The translations under genes were made by a program, and so were the position numbers. A DNA stretch of 64,000 nt from Nitrosopumilaceae archaeon (GTDB lineage Archaea; Thermoproteota; Nitrososphaeria; Nitrososphaerales; Nitrosopumilaceae). The stretch is taken from positions 768,001-832,000 of the forward strand of contig OZ242274.1 of assembly GCA_965207375.1 (NCBI GenBank). Reading direction: 5' to 3'. This document shows positions 18,621 to 29,087 of this stretch, piece after piece (the first letter of the stretch is position 1; each line of letters starts with the position of its first letter). Below the pieces are notes generated by a model. That model was given only the letters and a program-made list of their open reading frames with translations, did not search any database and was not told the origin of the DNA.

Positions 18621-19151
18621 TTAGTCATGAGCATGTGGATTTTCGCCACCCTCAATTTTTGTGAATGTACCGGCTGCTTTCTCGTGTGCTTCCAAATTTG
18701 ACTGGTCAACTTTGATAGCTTGGGGAGGACATACAGATACGCATGCCATGCACCAAATACAATCATGTTCTCTAATCGGGTCTGCCTTGTCTGTGAAATC
18801 AGTGCGTTCCTCTTTTTCAGAGCTTCCGGTACCGTCAAAGGTCTGCCCCACAACATCTTTTGCAGGAATGTCCTTTTCGGTTCTGTACCATTGAAAGACC
18901 TGCACAGGACATGCTTCAATACATGCACCATCTGCAACGCAAGAGTCCCAGTCAACTGCAACCATAGTTCCACTAACTCCTAATGGTTCGTATGTCTCAC
19001 CACGAGCTTTGTATGCTGCTTGCACATCTTCACTTGTTGAAGTTTCAGCATCAGCTCTTCCAGGGCCCCACATAAAGTGGAATGAACCATCAGAATTGTG
19101 AATCTTCCCCTTTGGCTCTAAACCGGATGGAAAATTTTCTGGAATCGGCAT
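18621..19151 (-). CDS. 4Fe-4S dicluster ferredoxin (thaumarchaeal type)
   Basis: [12 protein letters not shown] and [12 protein letters not shown]. Confidence 0.92.
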   Translation of the reverse strand: MPIPENFPSGLEPKGKIHNSDGSFHFMWGPGRADAETSTSEDVQAAYKARGETYEPLGVSGTMVAVDWDSCVADGACIEACPVQVFQWYRTEKDIPAKDVVGQTFDGTGSSEKEERTDFTDKADPIREHDCIWCMACVSVCPPQAIKVDQSNLEAHEKAAGTFTKIEGGENPHAHD

Positions 19152-19264
19152 GGTACAAATTTTTTCAGATCTTATTTAAACCTAGACAGCCAAAATTACT
19201 CATAACCTCTGCATAAATGTCAAATTTCCTTACGTTCATATCGTTTAATGTATCTATACAACAA

Positions 19265-19930
19265 GTGAACATAATCAAATATGACATTTACAGGGGGCCA
19301 AATATAGGAATTTACACTAGTGTAAACGACGAATTTGTCTTCATGCCTGCAGGCTTTGTAAAAACAAAGGCCGAGGTTCTAGCAAAACATCTTGAGGTAG
19401 ACTATCTTACTATTTCTGTGGGAAACACACGGGTCCTAGGAGCCCTTATGGTAGTAAACAATCACGGCCTGTTGCTGCCACAAACATCATATCCAAACGA
19501 AATTGAATTTTTGAAAAAATCCACCGGTCTAAATGTAGATGTTTTAGAAACAAAACACAATGCACTAGGAAACATGATGTCAGTAAATGACAGAGGTGCA
19601 ATAGTCTCACCCCTAATAGAGAAGGAAAACCTCAAAAAAATACAACAAGTACTTGATGTGGAGGTAATTCAAAGGAGGATTGCCGGATACAATCAGGTGG
19701 GAGCCATGACCTGCTCAAATTCATACGGCGGAATCATTCATCCTGAAACCGATGAGGAGGATCTTAAGACATTTTCCAATATAATGGGAGTAAATTTGGA
19801 GCCTGCCACTATAAACGGCGGAGTCCAATTTCTCTCATCAGGTGCACTAGTCAACAACAAATGTATAGTTGTAGGCTCATTTACAACAGGTCCAGAAATT
19901 ATGATGTTGACACGTGCTTTTGTTAATTAA
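19265..19930 (+). CDS. eif6: Translation initiation factor aIF-6
   Basis: PNIGIY, ALGN, GIIHPE, ATINGG, TTGPE; GTG 19265 preferred over 19217. Confidence 0.9.
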   Translation: MNIIKYDIYRGPNIGIYTSVNDEFVFMPAGFVKTKAEVLAKHLEVDYLTISVGNTRVLGALMVVNNHGLLLPQTSYPNEIEFLKKSTGLNVDVLETKHNALGNMMSVNDRGAIVSPLIEKENLKKIQQVLDVEVIQRRIAGYNQVGAMTCSNSYGGIIHPETDEEDLKTFSNIMGVNLEPATINGGVQFLSSGALVNNKCIVVGSFTTGPEIMMLTRAFVN

Positions 19931-21203
19931 ATATGCAATGCGGATAGTCTGTAATTTTTTCAAGCTCCATCTGATTCTCTGTACCGTCTGCCATGTTGCG
20001 CAATATGACATTGCCTGACTCTAATTCCTTGGGTGCCACAATTATTGCAAATTTGGACTCTGTTGCTGCCTCCATCTGTTTTTTCAACGGCTTTCCTGTC
20101 AAATCAACATCGGTTATAATATCGTAAAGGCGCAAAGTAGAAGCAAGGCGCATTGCAACTTTTTGCATGTTGCTATCTGTATATACCACTGAAACTCGAC
20201 GCTTTTCTGTTTTGGGCCAAACCTGCTGTTCATCCATGGTTAAAATGATTCTTTCCACGCCTCCTGCCACACCTGTTGCACCAATATCGTCTCTGCCAAA
20301 TGCACTAGTCAGCGAATCATATCTACCACCTCCTGCTAATGCACCTAGCGTTGAGCTTTTATCAAAAACCTCAAAAACCATTCCAGAATAATAGTCTAGT
20401 CCCCTGACAATTCCAAAATTAATTCGCACATTAAAAACACCGCGATTTTGAAGTGATAAAATCAGCTGTTTTAGCTCCGTCCAAGATTCAAGCTGTGCTG
20501 TATCAAATGTTGACTCTATCTCATCTATTGTGCCAGTTATCTGGGCAAACTCTAGAATTTTCTCCAATTTGAAGGTGTCATATCCCTTTATTTCAAATTC
20601 CTTTATGATCTGCTCTTTTGGTTTTTTTTGTATCTTGTCTACTGCACGTAAGATGTCTCCGACTAGATGTTTCTCTGTTGATTCAAAAATTTTGTTAATG
20701 TAGGATTCTACAAGATTCCTATGGTTTACATCGATTGTAATATTTTTAAGATTAAGAGAATCAAACAGTCTTGATGCAAACTCTATAATTTCTGCCTCTG
20801 ATTCTAATCCTGATTTTCCATATATTTCAATGTCCCACTGGTGAAAGTATCGGTATCTGCCTTTTTGAGGCTCGTCATATCTGAAAACACCTCCAAAGCT
20901 GGAGATTTTTGCAGGAAGTCTCACTGATTTTTGGGTAGCCATATAACGCGTCAGTCCTATTGTGAAATCAAAACGCAATGCGATCTCCCTGTCCCCCTTG
21001 TCTTTGAAAAAGTAAATTTCATCACGTATTGCCGAACCTGATTTTGTCTCTAAAACAGAAAGAGACTCTATGGGCGAGGGGTCCATCAGGGAAAAGCCAT
21101 ACAGGTCAGAGATCCATGTAAATTCATCTCTAATAAATTCAATTTTAGAAAACTCTTCTTTTTCAAAATCCTTCATGCCTCGAGGAAGTTCCAACGATAT
21201 CAC
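19923..21203 (-). CDS. hisS: Histidine--tRNA ligase
   Basis: PRGMKDF, ALRFDFT, FRYDEPQKGRYR, RGLDYYSG, GGGRYD. Confidence 0.96.
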   Translation of the reverse strand: MISLELPRGMKDFEKEEFSKIEFIRDEFTWISDLYGFSLMDPSPIESLSVLETKSGSAIRDEIYFFKDKGDREIALRFDFTIGLTRYMATQKSVRLPAKISSFGGVFRYDEPQKGRYRYFHQWDIEIYGKSGLESEAEIIEFASRLFDSLNLKNITIDVNHRNLVESYINKIFESTEKHLVGDILRAVDKIQKKPKEQIIKEFEIKGYDTFKLEKILEFAQITGTIDEIESTFDTAQLESWTELKQLILSLQNRGVFNVRINFGIVRGLDYYSGMVFEVFDKSSTLGALAGGGRYDSLTSAFGRDDIGATGVAGGVERIILTMDEQQVWPKTEKRRVSVVYTDSNMQKVAMRLASTLRLYDIITDVDLTGKPLKKQMEAATESKFAIIVAPKELESGNVILRNMADGTENQMELEKITDYPHCIFN

Positions 21204-21280
21204 AAATCCAAACTAATGATTTAGACTTTGCGTTATGGTACGCCAATTGAAATCATTATTTACAGGTACGGCAGGCATGA

Positions 21281-21703
21281 ATGCAATTGAGCTATAGACT
21301 TCTTGAACATGCCACAGATGCCATAGTGGAATTGGAGGCAGATACACTACAAAATGCTTTTCAAATTGCGGCTCATGCAGTAATGGATATTACTCTAAAT
21401 ACAGACTCTGTAGAAGAAAAGCAACAGCGAGAATTTGTTGCAACAGGAAAGGATTTGAGATATCTGTTGTATAGTTGGCTAGAGGAGGTCATCTATGTGC
21501 TAATAACTGAGGGATTTGCAATAAAAAAACTAACTCCAGTTATTTCAAAGGATAATGGTTACAAAATTACATGCCACTGCACAGGGGAGCCTATAGATAT
21601 ATTCAAACACGGATTTAAGGTGGAGATCAAAGCGCCTACATTTTACGACATGCAAATCAAAGAAAAATCTACGGTATACATGAGATTCTTGCTGGATCTG
21701 TAA
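21281..21703 (+). CDS. Archease
   Basis: EHATD...EIKAPTFY..FLLDL. Confidence 0.9.
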   Translation: MQLSYRLLEHATDAIVELEADTLQNAFQIAAHAVMDITLNTDSVEEKQQREFVATGKDLRYLLYSWLEEVIYVLITEGFAIKKLTPVISKDNGYKITCHCTGEPIDIFKHGFKVEIKAPTFYDMQIKEKSTVYMRFLLDL

Positions 21704-21736
21704 ATGAATTAATAACTGGATAAAAAATCATCCTCT

Positions 21737-22132
21737 GTGGAAGACGAGGAACTCCAGAGACTAAAAGATAAAAAACTGCAAGAGATGATAAACGCTAGTC
21801 AAAAGCCACAAAATAGAGTCATAGAACTAGATGATTCAAATTTTGATAAAACAATTTCTGGCAATAATTTAACACTGGTAGATTTTTGGGCGCAATGGTG
21901 TGGTCCATGCAAGCTAATGCATCCCGTATTTGAAAGAATGGCAAAAAAACACAGCCAAATAAAATTTGGCAGGGTAAACGTTGATCAGAACCAACCAATT
22001 GCGGCAAGATTTGGAGTGCAGGCAATTCCGACCTTTATAATGTTTAAAAATGGTCAAGAGATTGACAAAATGATGGGCGCAGTAGGTGAGCCTGGAATCA
22101 ATATGATAATTAAAAAACACTCTGAAAACTAA
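21737..22132 (+). CDS. trxA: Thioredoxin
   Basis: DFWAQWCGPC, AIPT. Confidence 0.93.
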   Translation: MEDEELQRLKDKKLQEMINASQKPQNRVIELDDSNFDKTISGNNLTLVDFWAQWCGPCKLMHPVFERMAKKHSQIKFGRVNVDQNQPIAARFGVQAIPTFIMFKNGQEIDKMMGAVGEPGINMIIKKHSEN

Positions 22133-22263
22133 AGATTCACTGTACGTGTCTAATTCTACGCCTGACTCTGTCTCCAAAACTTGGTTTTTTGTTAATTATT
22201 ATTACCTATTTATCAGAAGAATTTATGTTTGTTTTTTAATAAAAAATATCTAAAGATAACACC

Positions 22264-23397
22264 GTGATATACAAAGCCCTAGTTGCATTTTTTATGATAT
22301 CAATACTAGTTGTACCGCCTTTAGCGCATGCAGATGTGCTGACCTTAAAAACAGACAAGCAGGTTTATGATAGAACCGATAAAATACGATTTTTGGGCAC
22401 AAGTGATGGTGGCGTACAACAAGTCACGTTAATTATTAGGGATTCCTCAGGCGACAAGGTTGAGATGTATACTGCTTATTCTGATGCAGATAGTGATTTT
22501 GAAATAAAGATGCCAAAGTCAATTAGGCATGTTTTTGACGATCCTGGAGTGTACGAAATAAGTGCGTTTACAAGCAAACAAGCAGTTGCTAGTGCAATCA
22601 GTATCAACTTACAATTTGACAAAAGTCAGGTCAAGGTGGTAAAAGTTTATGATTTAGAGCTAGAACCGATAAAAAACAAGGTAATTGACGAGGGCAAAAA
22701 ATACTCGTTTACGGCAAGAATTTCAGATAATACCATTACCGACGAAAAGTACAGGCTAGGTGTAAATACACCAGAGGGAGCAAAAATTGATTCAAAAACA
22801 GGCAAATTTACATGGACGCCCACCGAAGCACAAGGTCCAGGATCATACCTTATAGAAATTATAGTTACTGCAGGAATCTCACAAGTAAAAGAGACAATCA
22901 CCATAACCGTAAATGAAACACAAGATCCAATTATAACAAAGACACCACCAAAAACTGTACAAAATACACTAGCCTCATTTGTTGACCCAAACCAGGATCC
23001 ACAACACTATGTAGACAGATACAACAATGAAAAAGCCTACAAGCAATGGTTTGATGCAAACTTTGCACAATACTCTACAATTTATCAGGCAGTCGGACTA
23101 CCAGAGCCCTTCAAACTAGCCTCATTTGTTGACCCAAACCAGGATCCACAGCACTATGTAGACAGATACAACAATGAAAAAGCCTACAAGCAATGGTTTG
23201 ATGCAAACTTTGCACAATACTCTACAATTTATCAGGCAGTCGGACTACCAGAGCCTGATATTGGCATATGTGGAGACGGCACGAATCTTATAGACGGAGT
23301 ATGTACTGTAGTCAAGACCTCCTTTGAAAAACCGACACCGCCACAGCCAACTGTACAAGAAGAGCCACAAACATGCTTTTTGCTTTGGTGCTGGTAA
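22264..23397 (+). CDS. Secreted/surface protein with an Ig-like domain and a duplicated 49-aa module
   Basis: Signal peptide; PEGAKIDSKTGKFTWTP Ig motif; ASFVDP..YVDRYNNE..WFD..IYQAVGL twice. Confidence 0.8.
   Translation: MIYKALVAFFMISILVVPPLAHADVLTLKTDKQVYDRTDKIRFLGTSDGGVQQVTLIIRDSSGDKVEMYTAYSDADSDFEIKMPKSIRHVFDDPGVYEISAFTSKQAVASAISINLQFDKSQVKVVKVYDLELEPIKNKVIDEGKKYSFTARISDNTITDEKYRLGVNTPEGAKIDSKTGKFTWTPTEAQGPGSYLIEIIVTAGISQVKETITITVNETQDPIITKTPPKTVQNTLASFVDPNQDPQHYVDRYNNEKAYKQWFDANFAQYSTIYQAVGLPEPFKLASFVDPNQDPQHYVDRYNNEKAYKQWFDANFAQYSTIYQAVGLPEPDIGICGDGTNLIDGVCTVVKTSFEKPTPPQPTVQEEPQTCFLLWCW
22968..23255 (+). repeat. Intragenic tandem duplication, 141 bp x2, period 147 bp
   Basis: 22968-23108 vs 23115-23255, one synonymous mismatch. 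Confidence 0.92.
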
Positions 23398-23417
23398 TTT
23401 AGTATATAATTAAACGG

Positions 23418-25199
23418 TCAATAGCCATAAGCTGCATCGTTTTTCCGCTGGATTTGTACAATTTCATTTAATGTCTCTACCTGTTGTGGAGTTAATTTAT
23501 GGGTAAATTTTGTAAGCAGATCTTTTGCTTCTCTTGGATGTGGAAGCGTGTAAAATTGATCCTCTTCATTTATCTGTCTTCCAACGGTAATGCCTTGAAC
23601 AGAGCAGGCAACCTCTTCTCCTACCCTTACCTCCTTTAGAGGCTTTTTATCATCTTGCAGCTGGTGAATGAATCCTATTCTTTTTCCATTTTTGTTCATA
23701 AACTGTATTTTTTGTTTTAAAATTCCTGACTCTACCCGAATTCCAAAAACTGCCGGATCTTTGTTTCTAAACACGTATCCCTTTAGAAATGTAAACTTTG
23801 CAATCGGAGTTATTTCTGCAAATATGGCATCCTCTTGGTGGGCAGTATCATCTGTTACCCATGTGCGATAGTTGTCAATTAGGCTGTAAATCACCCTGTC
23901 CTCAAAAAATCTAATGTGGTTTTTTTCTGCCTCTTCTTTGGCATCAGGCAGTACTTTAACGTTAAATGCCAAAACTACGCCAAGATGCCTGTCATTTTCC
24001 TTTATGGCCCTAGCCTCTATGACATCTCTGCGTGTAACAGGGCCGACATCTGCTTTAGCAACAGGTACCTGTTCACGCTTTAACATTTCAGTAATTGCTT
24101 CTAGGGAGCCAATAGTATCACATTTTAAAACTATACCATTTGATTCAGTATCAATAAAGACGGATTTCATTTCATCTTGGAGCTGTTGCTTAAAGTTTGC
24201 AATTTCGTCAGATTTTGATGAAACATATAGTGTACTGCCTGGAAGAACTCCTTCTAACTCTGGAGATGCTATTTTGATACCTGATGCGGCAATAACTTTG
24301 TCAACGGGCTTGAATTTGTCTCTGGGATCACGCATCTCATCTAGCGGCTTTGGCAACAATATTGCCTTGGGTTTTGTTGTAATTACAGAATCACGTTTTG
24401 CAACTATAACTGTGTCATTTTTACTCATTGTACCGTCAATTAAAATTACATTGGCAGTCTGTCCTAGACCTATCTCGTCATTTACCTCTAAAACTATGCC
24501 TCTGCTAATTTTTTCCTGTTGATCCAATTTTTTATTGAGAAATTGCTGGGTAAGTCCTACCAAGACAGTTAGCAATTCTGGAATACCGACTCCACTTTTA
24601 GCAGATATCGGAACGATGGAAATCTCTTTTTTAAAATCCCGAACCCTGTAAAAGGCCTCTGAACTATATCCCAAAATGGAAAGTGAACCTACCACGTCGT
24701 AGATTTTCTGATCCAAATCTGCCTGAATCGAGGCATCCTGTTTTTTGATGGCCTCAGATATGAAATTACCATCTGTATTGCGCCATCCTGAAATCTGATC
24801 ACATTTGTTTAGTGCAACAACAAAGGGAACCTTTCGGCTTTCAAGAATTTTCAAACTCTCATTTGTTTGGGGTTGAAAACCACGATTTACATCAATGACT
24901 AGTATTGCAATATCTGCAGCAGAGCCCCCCCTTGCCCTCAAATTGGTAAAAACCTCGTGCCCCGGCGTATCGATAACTAAAATTCCTGGAATTTTTGTTT
25001 CTGAGGATTCTAATTTTGAATACAGCATACCGCAGGTTTCTTTGATGGTCTCTGTTGGAAGAAAGCTTGCACCTATGTGCTGTGTAATTCCGCCTGCCTC
25101 TCTGCCCTGAACGCCTGTTCCGCGAATTCTATCTAAAAGTGAGGTTTTGCCAGAATCGACATGACCTAATACGGCCACAATTGGTTGACGGATTTTCAA
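23418..25199 (-). CDS. infB: Translation initiation factor aIF5B (IF-2)
   Basis: GHVDSGKT, GGITQHIGA, DTPGHE, NKCD. Confidence 0.96.
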   Translation of the reverse strand: MKIRQPIVAVLGHVDSGKTSLLDRIRGTGVQGREAGGITQHIGASFLPTETIKETCGMLYSKLESSETKIPGILVIDTPGHEVFTNLRARGGSAADIAILVIDVNRGFQPQTNESLKILESRKVPFVVALNKCDQISGWRNTDGNFISEAIKKQDASIQADLDQKIYDVVGSLSILGYSSEAFYRVRDFKKEISIVPISAKSGVGIPELLTVLVGLTQQFLNKKLDQQEKISRGIVLEVNDEIGLGQTANVILIDGTMSKNDTVIVAKRDSVITTKPKAILLPKPLDEMRDPRDKFKPVDKVIAASGIKIASPELEGVLPGSTLYVSSKSDEIANFKQQLQDEMKSVFIDTESNGIVLKCDTIGSLEAITEMLKREQVPVAKADVGPVTRRDVIEARAIKENDRHLGVVLAFNVKVLPDAKEEAEKNHIRFFEDRVIYSLIDNYRTWVTDDTAHQEDAIFAEITPIAKFTFLKGYVFRNKDPAVFGIRVESGILKQKIQFMNKNGKRIGFIHQLQDDKKPLKEVRVGEEVACSVQGITVGRQINEEDQFYTLPHPREAKDLLTKFTHKLTPQQVETLNEIVQIQRKNDAAYGY

Positions 25200-25205
25200 T
25201 ACAGA

Positions 25206-25607
25206 TCACGAAAATGCTACCCTCGATTCATGTTTAAAGCTTTGTTGAGAGTCTGATGCGTGAATGATATTTTCACTAAAACCTAAGCCAAAATCACCAC
25301 GTATGGAGCCAGGTGCTGCCTCAAAGGATTTTGTTGCCCCGATCATAATGCGAGTGGTAGCAACTGCATTGTTTCCCTCTATGATGCATACCACTACAGG
25401 CCCTGATGTAATAAAGGAGGCAAGTTCTCCAAAGAATGGTTTGTCTTTGTGAACATTATAGAACTGTTCTGCCTGATCCTGTGTAAATTGAAACATTTTT
25501 AATTTTTGAATTGTAAATCCCTTTTGCTCAAATCTAGATACAATGGATCCAACTAGTTTTCTTTTAACTGCATCGGGTTTGATGATAAATAGTGTCTGTT
25601 CGGTCAT
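25206..25607 (-). CDS. ndk: Nucleoside diphosphate kinase
   Basis: IKPDAV, PGSIRGDF, NIIHASDS; start at MTEQT. Confidence 0.95.
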   Translation of the reverse strand: MTEQTLFIIKPDAVKRKLVGSIVSRFEQKGFTIQKLKMFQFTQDQAEQFYNVHKDKPFFGELASFITSGPVVVCIIEGNNAVATTRIMIGATKSFEAAPGSIRGDFGLGFSENIIHASDSQQSFKHESRVAFS

Positions 25608-25807
25608 TTCTTGTGTTTGATTCCGCCCTTGACGTATTTTTTTGTCCATTTTAACTTTCTTGGATCACGCTTGAGTTCTAGCATGTTCTTTTTGCATTTT
25701 GCAGAACAAAACCACAGCACGGTTCCGTCATTTTTTATCATCATAGTGCCTGAACCTTTTGCTACGGGTCTATCACAAAAATTACACGGTTTTACTAAAA
25801 GACTCAT
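25604..25807 (-). CDS. rpl24e: 50S ribosomal protein L24e
   Basis: CNFC...FCSAKC, PRKLKWT. Confidence 0.95.
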   Translation of the reverse strand: MSLLVKPCNFCDRPVAKGSGTMMIKNDGTVLWFCSAKCKKNMLELKRDPRKLKWTKKYVKGGIKHKK

Positions 25808-25816
25808 CTACAACAC

Positions 25817-26029
25817 CTACTTTATCTTCTTTGCCTCTCTTTCTGTTTCGCGTAACATCAGAGTGTCTCCCATCCTAACGGAGCCTTTGACATTTCTTGT
25901 AAGAATTCTACCCTTGTCCTTGCCTGTAATTATTTTTACTCTGACTTGGATGACCTCGCCTGCAATACCTGTTCTTCCAACAATCTGGATGACCTCAGCT
26001 TGTGTCACTGTTTCATTTTCTGTACTCAT
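25817..26029 (-). CDS. rps28e: 30S ribosomal protein S28e
   Basis: [23 protein letters not shown]. Confidence 0.95.
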   Translation of the reverse strand: MSTENETVTQAEVIQIVGRTGIAGEVIQVRVKIITGKDKGRILTRNVKGSVRMGDTLMLRETEREAKKIK

Positions 26030-26412
26030 TGATCAGTCTTGCCACCTTTGATTTTAGCAATTGATGAAATAACTTGGTCAATAATGTGCTGTGCATCGCC
26101 AGAGTCTAAAATGGCAGCTGCAGCCGATGTGATATCGATTCCAAGGGCCTTTCCAAGGTCTTGCTTGCTTGGAACAAACGCATATGCTGCATTTTGTTCT
26201 TCACATAAAATTGGTAAATGTGCAACTACCTCTGGAGGTTCTACGTCCTCTGCAATCACAATTAACTTGCTAGATCCTCTCTCTATTGCCTTTGTTGCCT
26301 CGTTTGTGCCCTTTTTGACCTTGCCACTTTGTGCAGCAACACGAAGTGCCTCATAAATTGGATTTACCAGATCTTCAGGCGTCTCAAATTTTACATAGTA
26401 AGCTTTACCCAT
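26026..26412 (-). CDS. rpl7ae: 50S ribosomal protein L7Ae
   Basis: [28 protein letters not shown]. Confidence 0.96.
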   Translation of the reverse strand: MGKAYYVKFETPEDLVNPIYEALRVAAQSGKVKKGTNEATKAIERGSSKLIVIAEDVEPPEVVAHLPILCEEQNAAYAFVPSKQDLGKALGIDITSAAAAILDSGDAQHIIDQVISSIAKIKGGKTDQ

Positions 26413-26442
26413 AATACATCACCCTAAGGGATCATCTCCATT

Positions 26443-27822
26443 TCAACTCTGCACGCGATTGGTTTTAAAAGTGTTATTCGCAACGAGTGTTTTGATTTTT
26501 TGAACATATTGGGCAATTAGTTGTTCCAATTCTGCTTGTGAGGGTGCCTCTGCATATACTCGAACTATAGGCTCTGTACCGCTTGGTCGAATCATGACCC
26601 ATTGCCTGGTTCCGAGTGTGATTTTTATCCCATCTGTAACGTCTGCACCTGCAAATTCCTCACTTAATTGCACAATTAGGGACTTTGCCTGCTCGGCGGT
26701 GCAACAAATTCGGTCTTTTGTAGTAAAAGAATCAGGTAAGGATGCTACCAAATCTGTAATGGACTGATTTGAAGATGCAAGCAGGTCAAACATCAATCCC
26801 AAAGTCATTACACCGTCACGCACATGGTTGTGTTTTCCAAACATAAATCCACCGTTTTCTTCAAATCCAAGTATTGCATTTTCTTCAACCATGCGTCTTG
26901 ATACTTCTACGCTGCCCACCTTGGTTCTGATTACAGTTGAATCAAATTTCTGGGCTATGCCTTCAATTGCAGCTCCTGAATTCAAACACGTTACAATTTT
27001 TGAATTTGCATTTGTTAAAAGTATGTGACGTGCAAGTAAAAGTGCAGACCTCTCACCTGACAAAATATTTCCCTCATTGTCACAGAAAATACTTCTATCG
27101 CCATCACCATCAAATGCAATTCCTAGATCAGCATTGTTTTTAATTACTGCATCTGATAAATCACAAAGATTTTGTGGTGTAGGTTCTGAACCTCTGCCGG
27201 GAAAGTTCCCATCAATGTCCTCATTGATGGTAATGACATTGCAGTGCAAATCTTTACAAAAATCAGGTGCTGTAACTGATTGTGCGCCGTTGCCTAAATC
27301 TAAAACTATGGTAAATTTTCTAGATTTAATTTGCTCAGAATTTATCAGGGCAGTGATATTTTCAAGATACGTCCTTACCGCATCAGTCTCATCAGACGTA
27401 TCTCCAAGGGACGTTTGATATTTTGACCATGATTCATCAAAGTAAATATCTTCAATTATTTTTTCATCTTCTCTGGAAATTTCTACACCGTCGACTGCAC
27501 ATATCTTTATTCCGTTGTATTGCGGAGGATTGTGAGAGGCAGTAACCATGATCCCACCTGCATATTTGAGTTTTTTTGTCGCATACTCTAAACAGGGAGT
27601 GGGAACAAGACCTGCATTTTTGCAATCTATTCCACAAGCATTCAAGGTGGCACAAACGGTTCTAGCTATTATGGGACTTGATATACGCCCGTCATAACCT
27701 ACCAAGACAGGCCCTTTTTGTAGATATGTAGCAAATGAGGCTGCAAGATCGTGAACCATCTCCAAATCCAAATCCGTAGGAAAAATCCCTCGTACCCCAT
27801 TGGTTCCAAACAATTTTTTCAT
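26443..27822 (-). CDS. glmM: Phosphoglucosamine mutase / phosphohexomutase
   Basis: LFGTNGVRG, TASHNP, DGDGDR, RPSGTEP; true start MKKLFG at 27822. Confidence 0.9.
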   Translation of the reverse strand: MKKLFGTNGVRGIFPTDLDLEMVHDLAASFATYLQKGPVLVGYDGRISSPIIARTVCATLNACGIDCKNAGLVPTPCLEYATKKLKYAGGIMVTASHNPPQYNGIKICAVDGVEISREDEKIIEDIYFDESWSKYQTSLGDTSDETDAVRTYLENITALINSEQIKSRKFTIVLDLGNGAQSVTAPDFCKDLHCNVITINEDIDGNFPGRGSEPTPQNLCDLSDAVIKNNADLGIAFDGDGDRSIFCDNEGNILSGERSALLLARHILLTNANSKIVTCLNSGAAIEGIAQKFDSTVIRTKVGSVEVSRRMVEENAILGFEENGGFMFGKHNHVRDGVMTLGLMFDLLASSNQSITDLVASLPDSFTTKDRICCTAEQAKSLIVQLSEEFAGADVTDGIKITLGTRQWVMIRPSGTEPIVRVYAEAPSQAELEQLIAQYVQKIKTLVANNTFKTNRVQS

Positions 27823-27869
27823 AATGTATATCAACAATAGATAAATTTGTGTGTAAAGGCGTCTTCCAT

Positions 27870-27957
27870 GCGGAAGTTGCCAAGCCTGGTCAAAGGCGCA
27901 GGGCTTAGGACCCTGTCTTTTAGAAGTTCGTGGGTTCAAATCCCACCTTCCGCACCA
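27870..27957 (+). tRNA. tRNA-Leu(TAG)
   Basis: GCGGAAG acceptor, CAGGG-CT-TAG-GA-CCCTG, GGTTCAAATCC, CCA at the 3' end. Confidence 0.95.
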
Positions 27958-28449
27958 TACGTTTACTATCCAATATGTCAATTCATAAAATACTCACGCA
28001 TGGCTTGACAATGCTAGTCTTAAGATGTGTGCACGAAAATCTACGAGAGTCAATAAAACAGATTGTGCAGTTGCAGTATCGGGTCAGTTCAAATAAATTC
28101 AAATTGATAAAGATTGTAAATGAGTCATGTTGTTTATCTTGCAGCTGTTTTTTTGCATAACTGCCTTGTAATTCTAAATTATGCAGATTTTAAACAAACT
28201 GTAACGATGTAATGTTTTAAGAGAATTAACCATGTACTAATATCATACTGACTAGTTGCATTCACAGTATATAGTCAAACTCCTGACATTACTATACATG
28301 CCAAAAAATCTTTTGTATTTTATAATGTGATTTTCAAACCGTACAAGTGACGCTTTAGATGAATCGGCATTTTATTTTTTTTGTGCTGTTTGCAAATCAA
28401 CACTGTTCAACATAGAAAGACTATTAAGAATAATAAAAATTAACTAAAC

Positions 28450-28758
28450 ATGAGTAAAATTATAGTAGGCAAGTCTACAGATATCCCTCCGGGTCAAATG
28501 AAAAAGGTACCAGTCAACGGACAAGACGTTTTAGTATGTAACATTGATGGAAATTATTTTGCAATAGATGACACATGTACTCATGCAGGTGCAAGTTTGT
28601 CTGAGGGTAATCTAGATGGGTGCAAGCTAGTTTGCGGATGGCATGCAGCCGAATTTGACTGCAAAACAGGAAGATTAGAGAAATTTCCTGCCAAAATCCG
28701 GGATTTACAGGCATACAATGTGGTTGTCGAGTCAGATGACGTTTTCATAGAGATATAA
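28450..28758 (+). CDS. Rieske [2Fe-2S] ferredoxin
   Basis: CTH...CGWH. Confidence 0.92.
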   Translation: MSKIIVGKSTDIPPGQMKKVPVNGQDVLVCNIDGNYFAIDDTCTHAGASLSEGNLDGCKLVCGWHAAEFDCKTGRLEKFPAKIRDLQAYNVVVESDDVFIEI

Positions 28759-28792
28759 ACAGAAATACCACTCAAAATAATGGTAATAAGAA

Positions 28793-29062
28793 ATGGCTGA
28801 TAATACACAAAACAAGGAATCAATGAAGGACGCAGTTGATACCCTAAATCAGATAAACTCAAATCCGTCTACTCCAAAAACAATCAAAAAAACAATAACG
28901 GATTTGATTGCCGAGCTAAATCGTGAAGAATATGCATTATCTGTAAGGGCAGCCAATGCAATTAGCATGCTAGACGACATTACACAAGATCCAAACATGC
29001 CATCATATGTTAGGACACAATTGTGGCAAGCAGTTTCAAAGTTAGAAGGCATAAGAGAATAA
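28793..29062 (+). CDS. UPF0147 family protein
   Basis: SVRAANAISMLDDITQDPNMPSYVRTQLW. Confidence 0.88.
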   Translation: MADNTQNKESMKDAVDTLNQINSNPSTPKTIKKTITDLIAELNREEYALSVRAANAISMLDDITQDPNMPSYVRTQLWQAVSKLEGIRE

Positions 29063-29087
29063 ATTCACCAAAAACTTTTAGTTATTT

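Noticed and set aside
83-22165. Recurrent 8-mer acgcctga (83, 1544, 3461, 15976, 22158)
   Set aside because: Short, non-palindromic, inconsistent position relative to genes and noticed post hoc; cannot be separated from chance by eye.
27823-28160. N-terminal extension of glmM to 27981 and ORF 27930-28160
   Set aside because: Both overlap tRNA-Leu(TAG). ORFs 33637-33822 and 63504-63815 are likewise tRNA-overlap or antisense artefacts.
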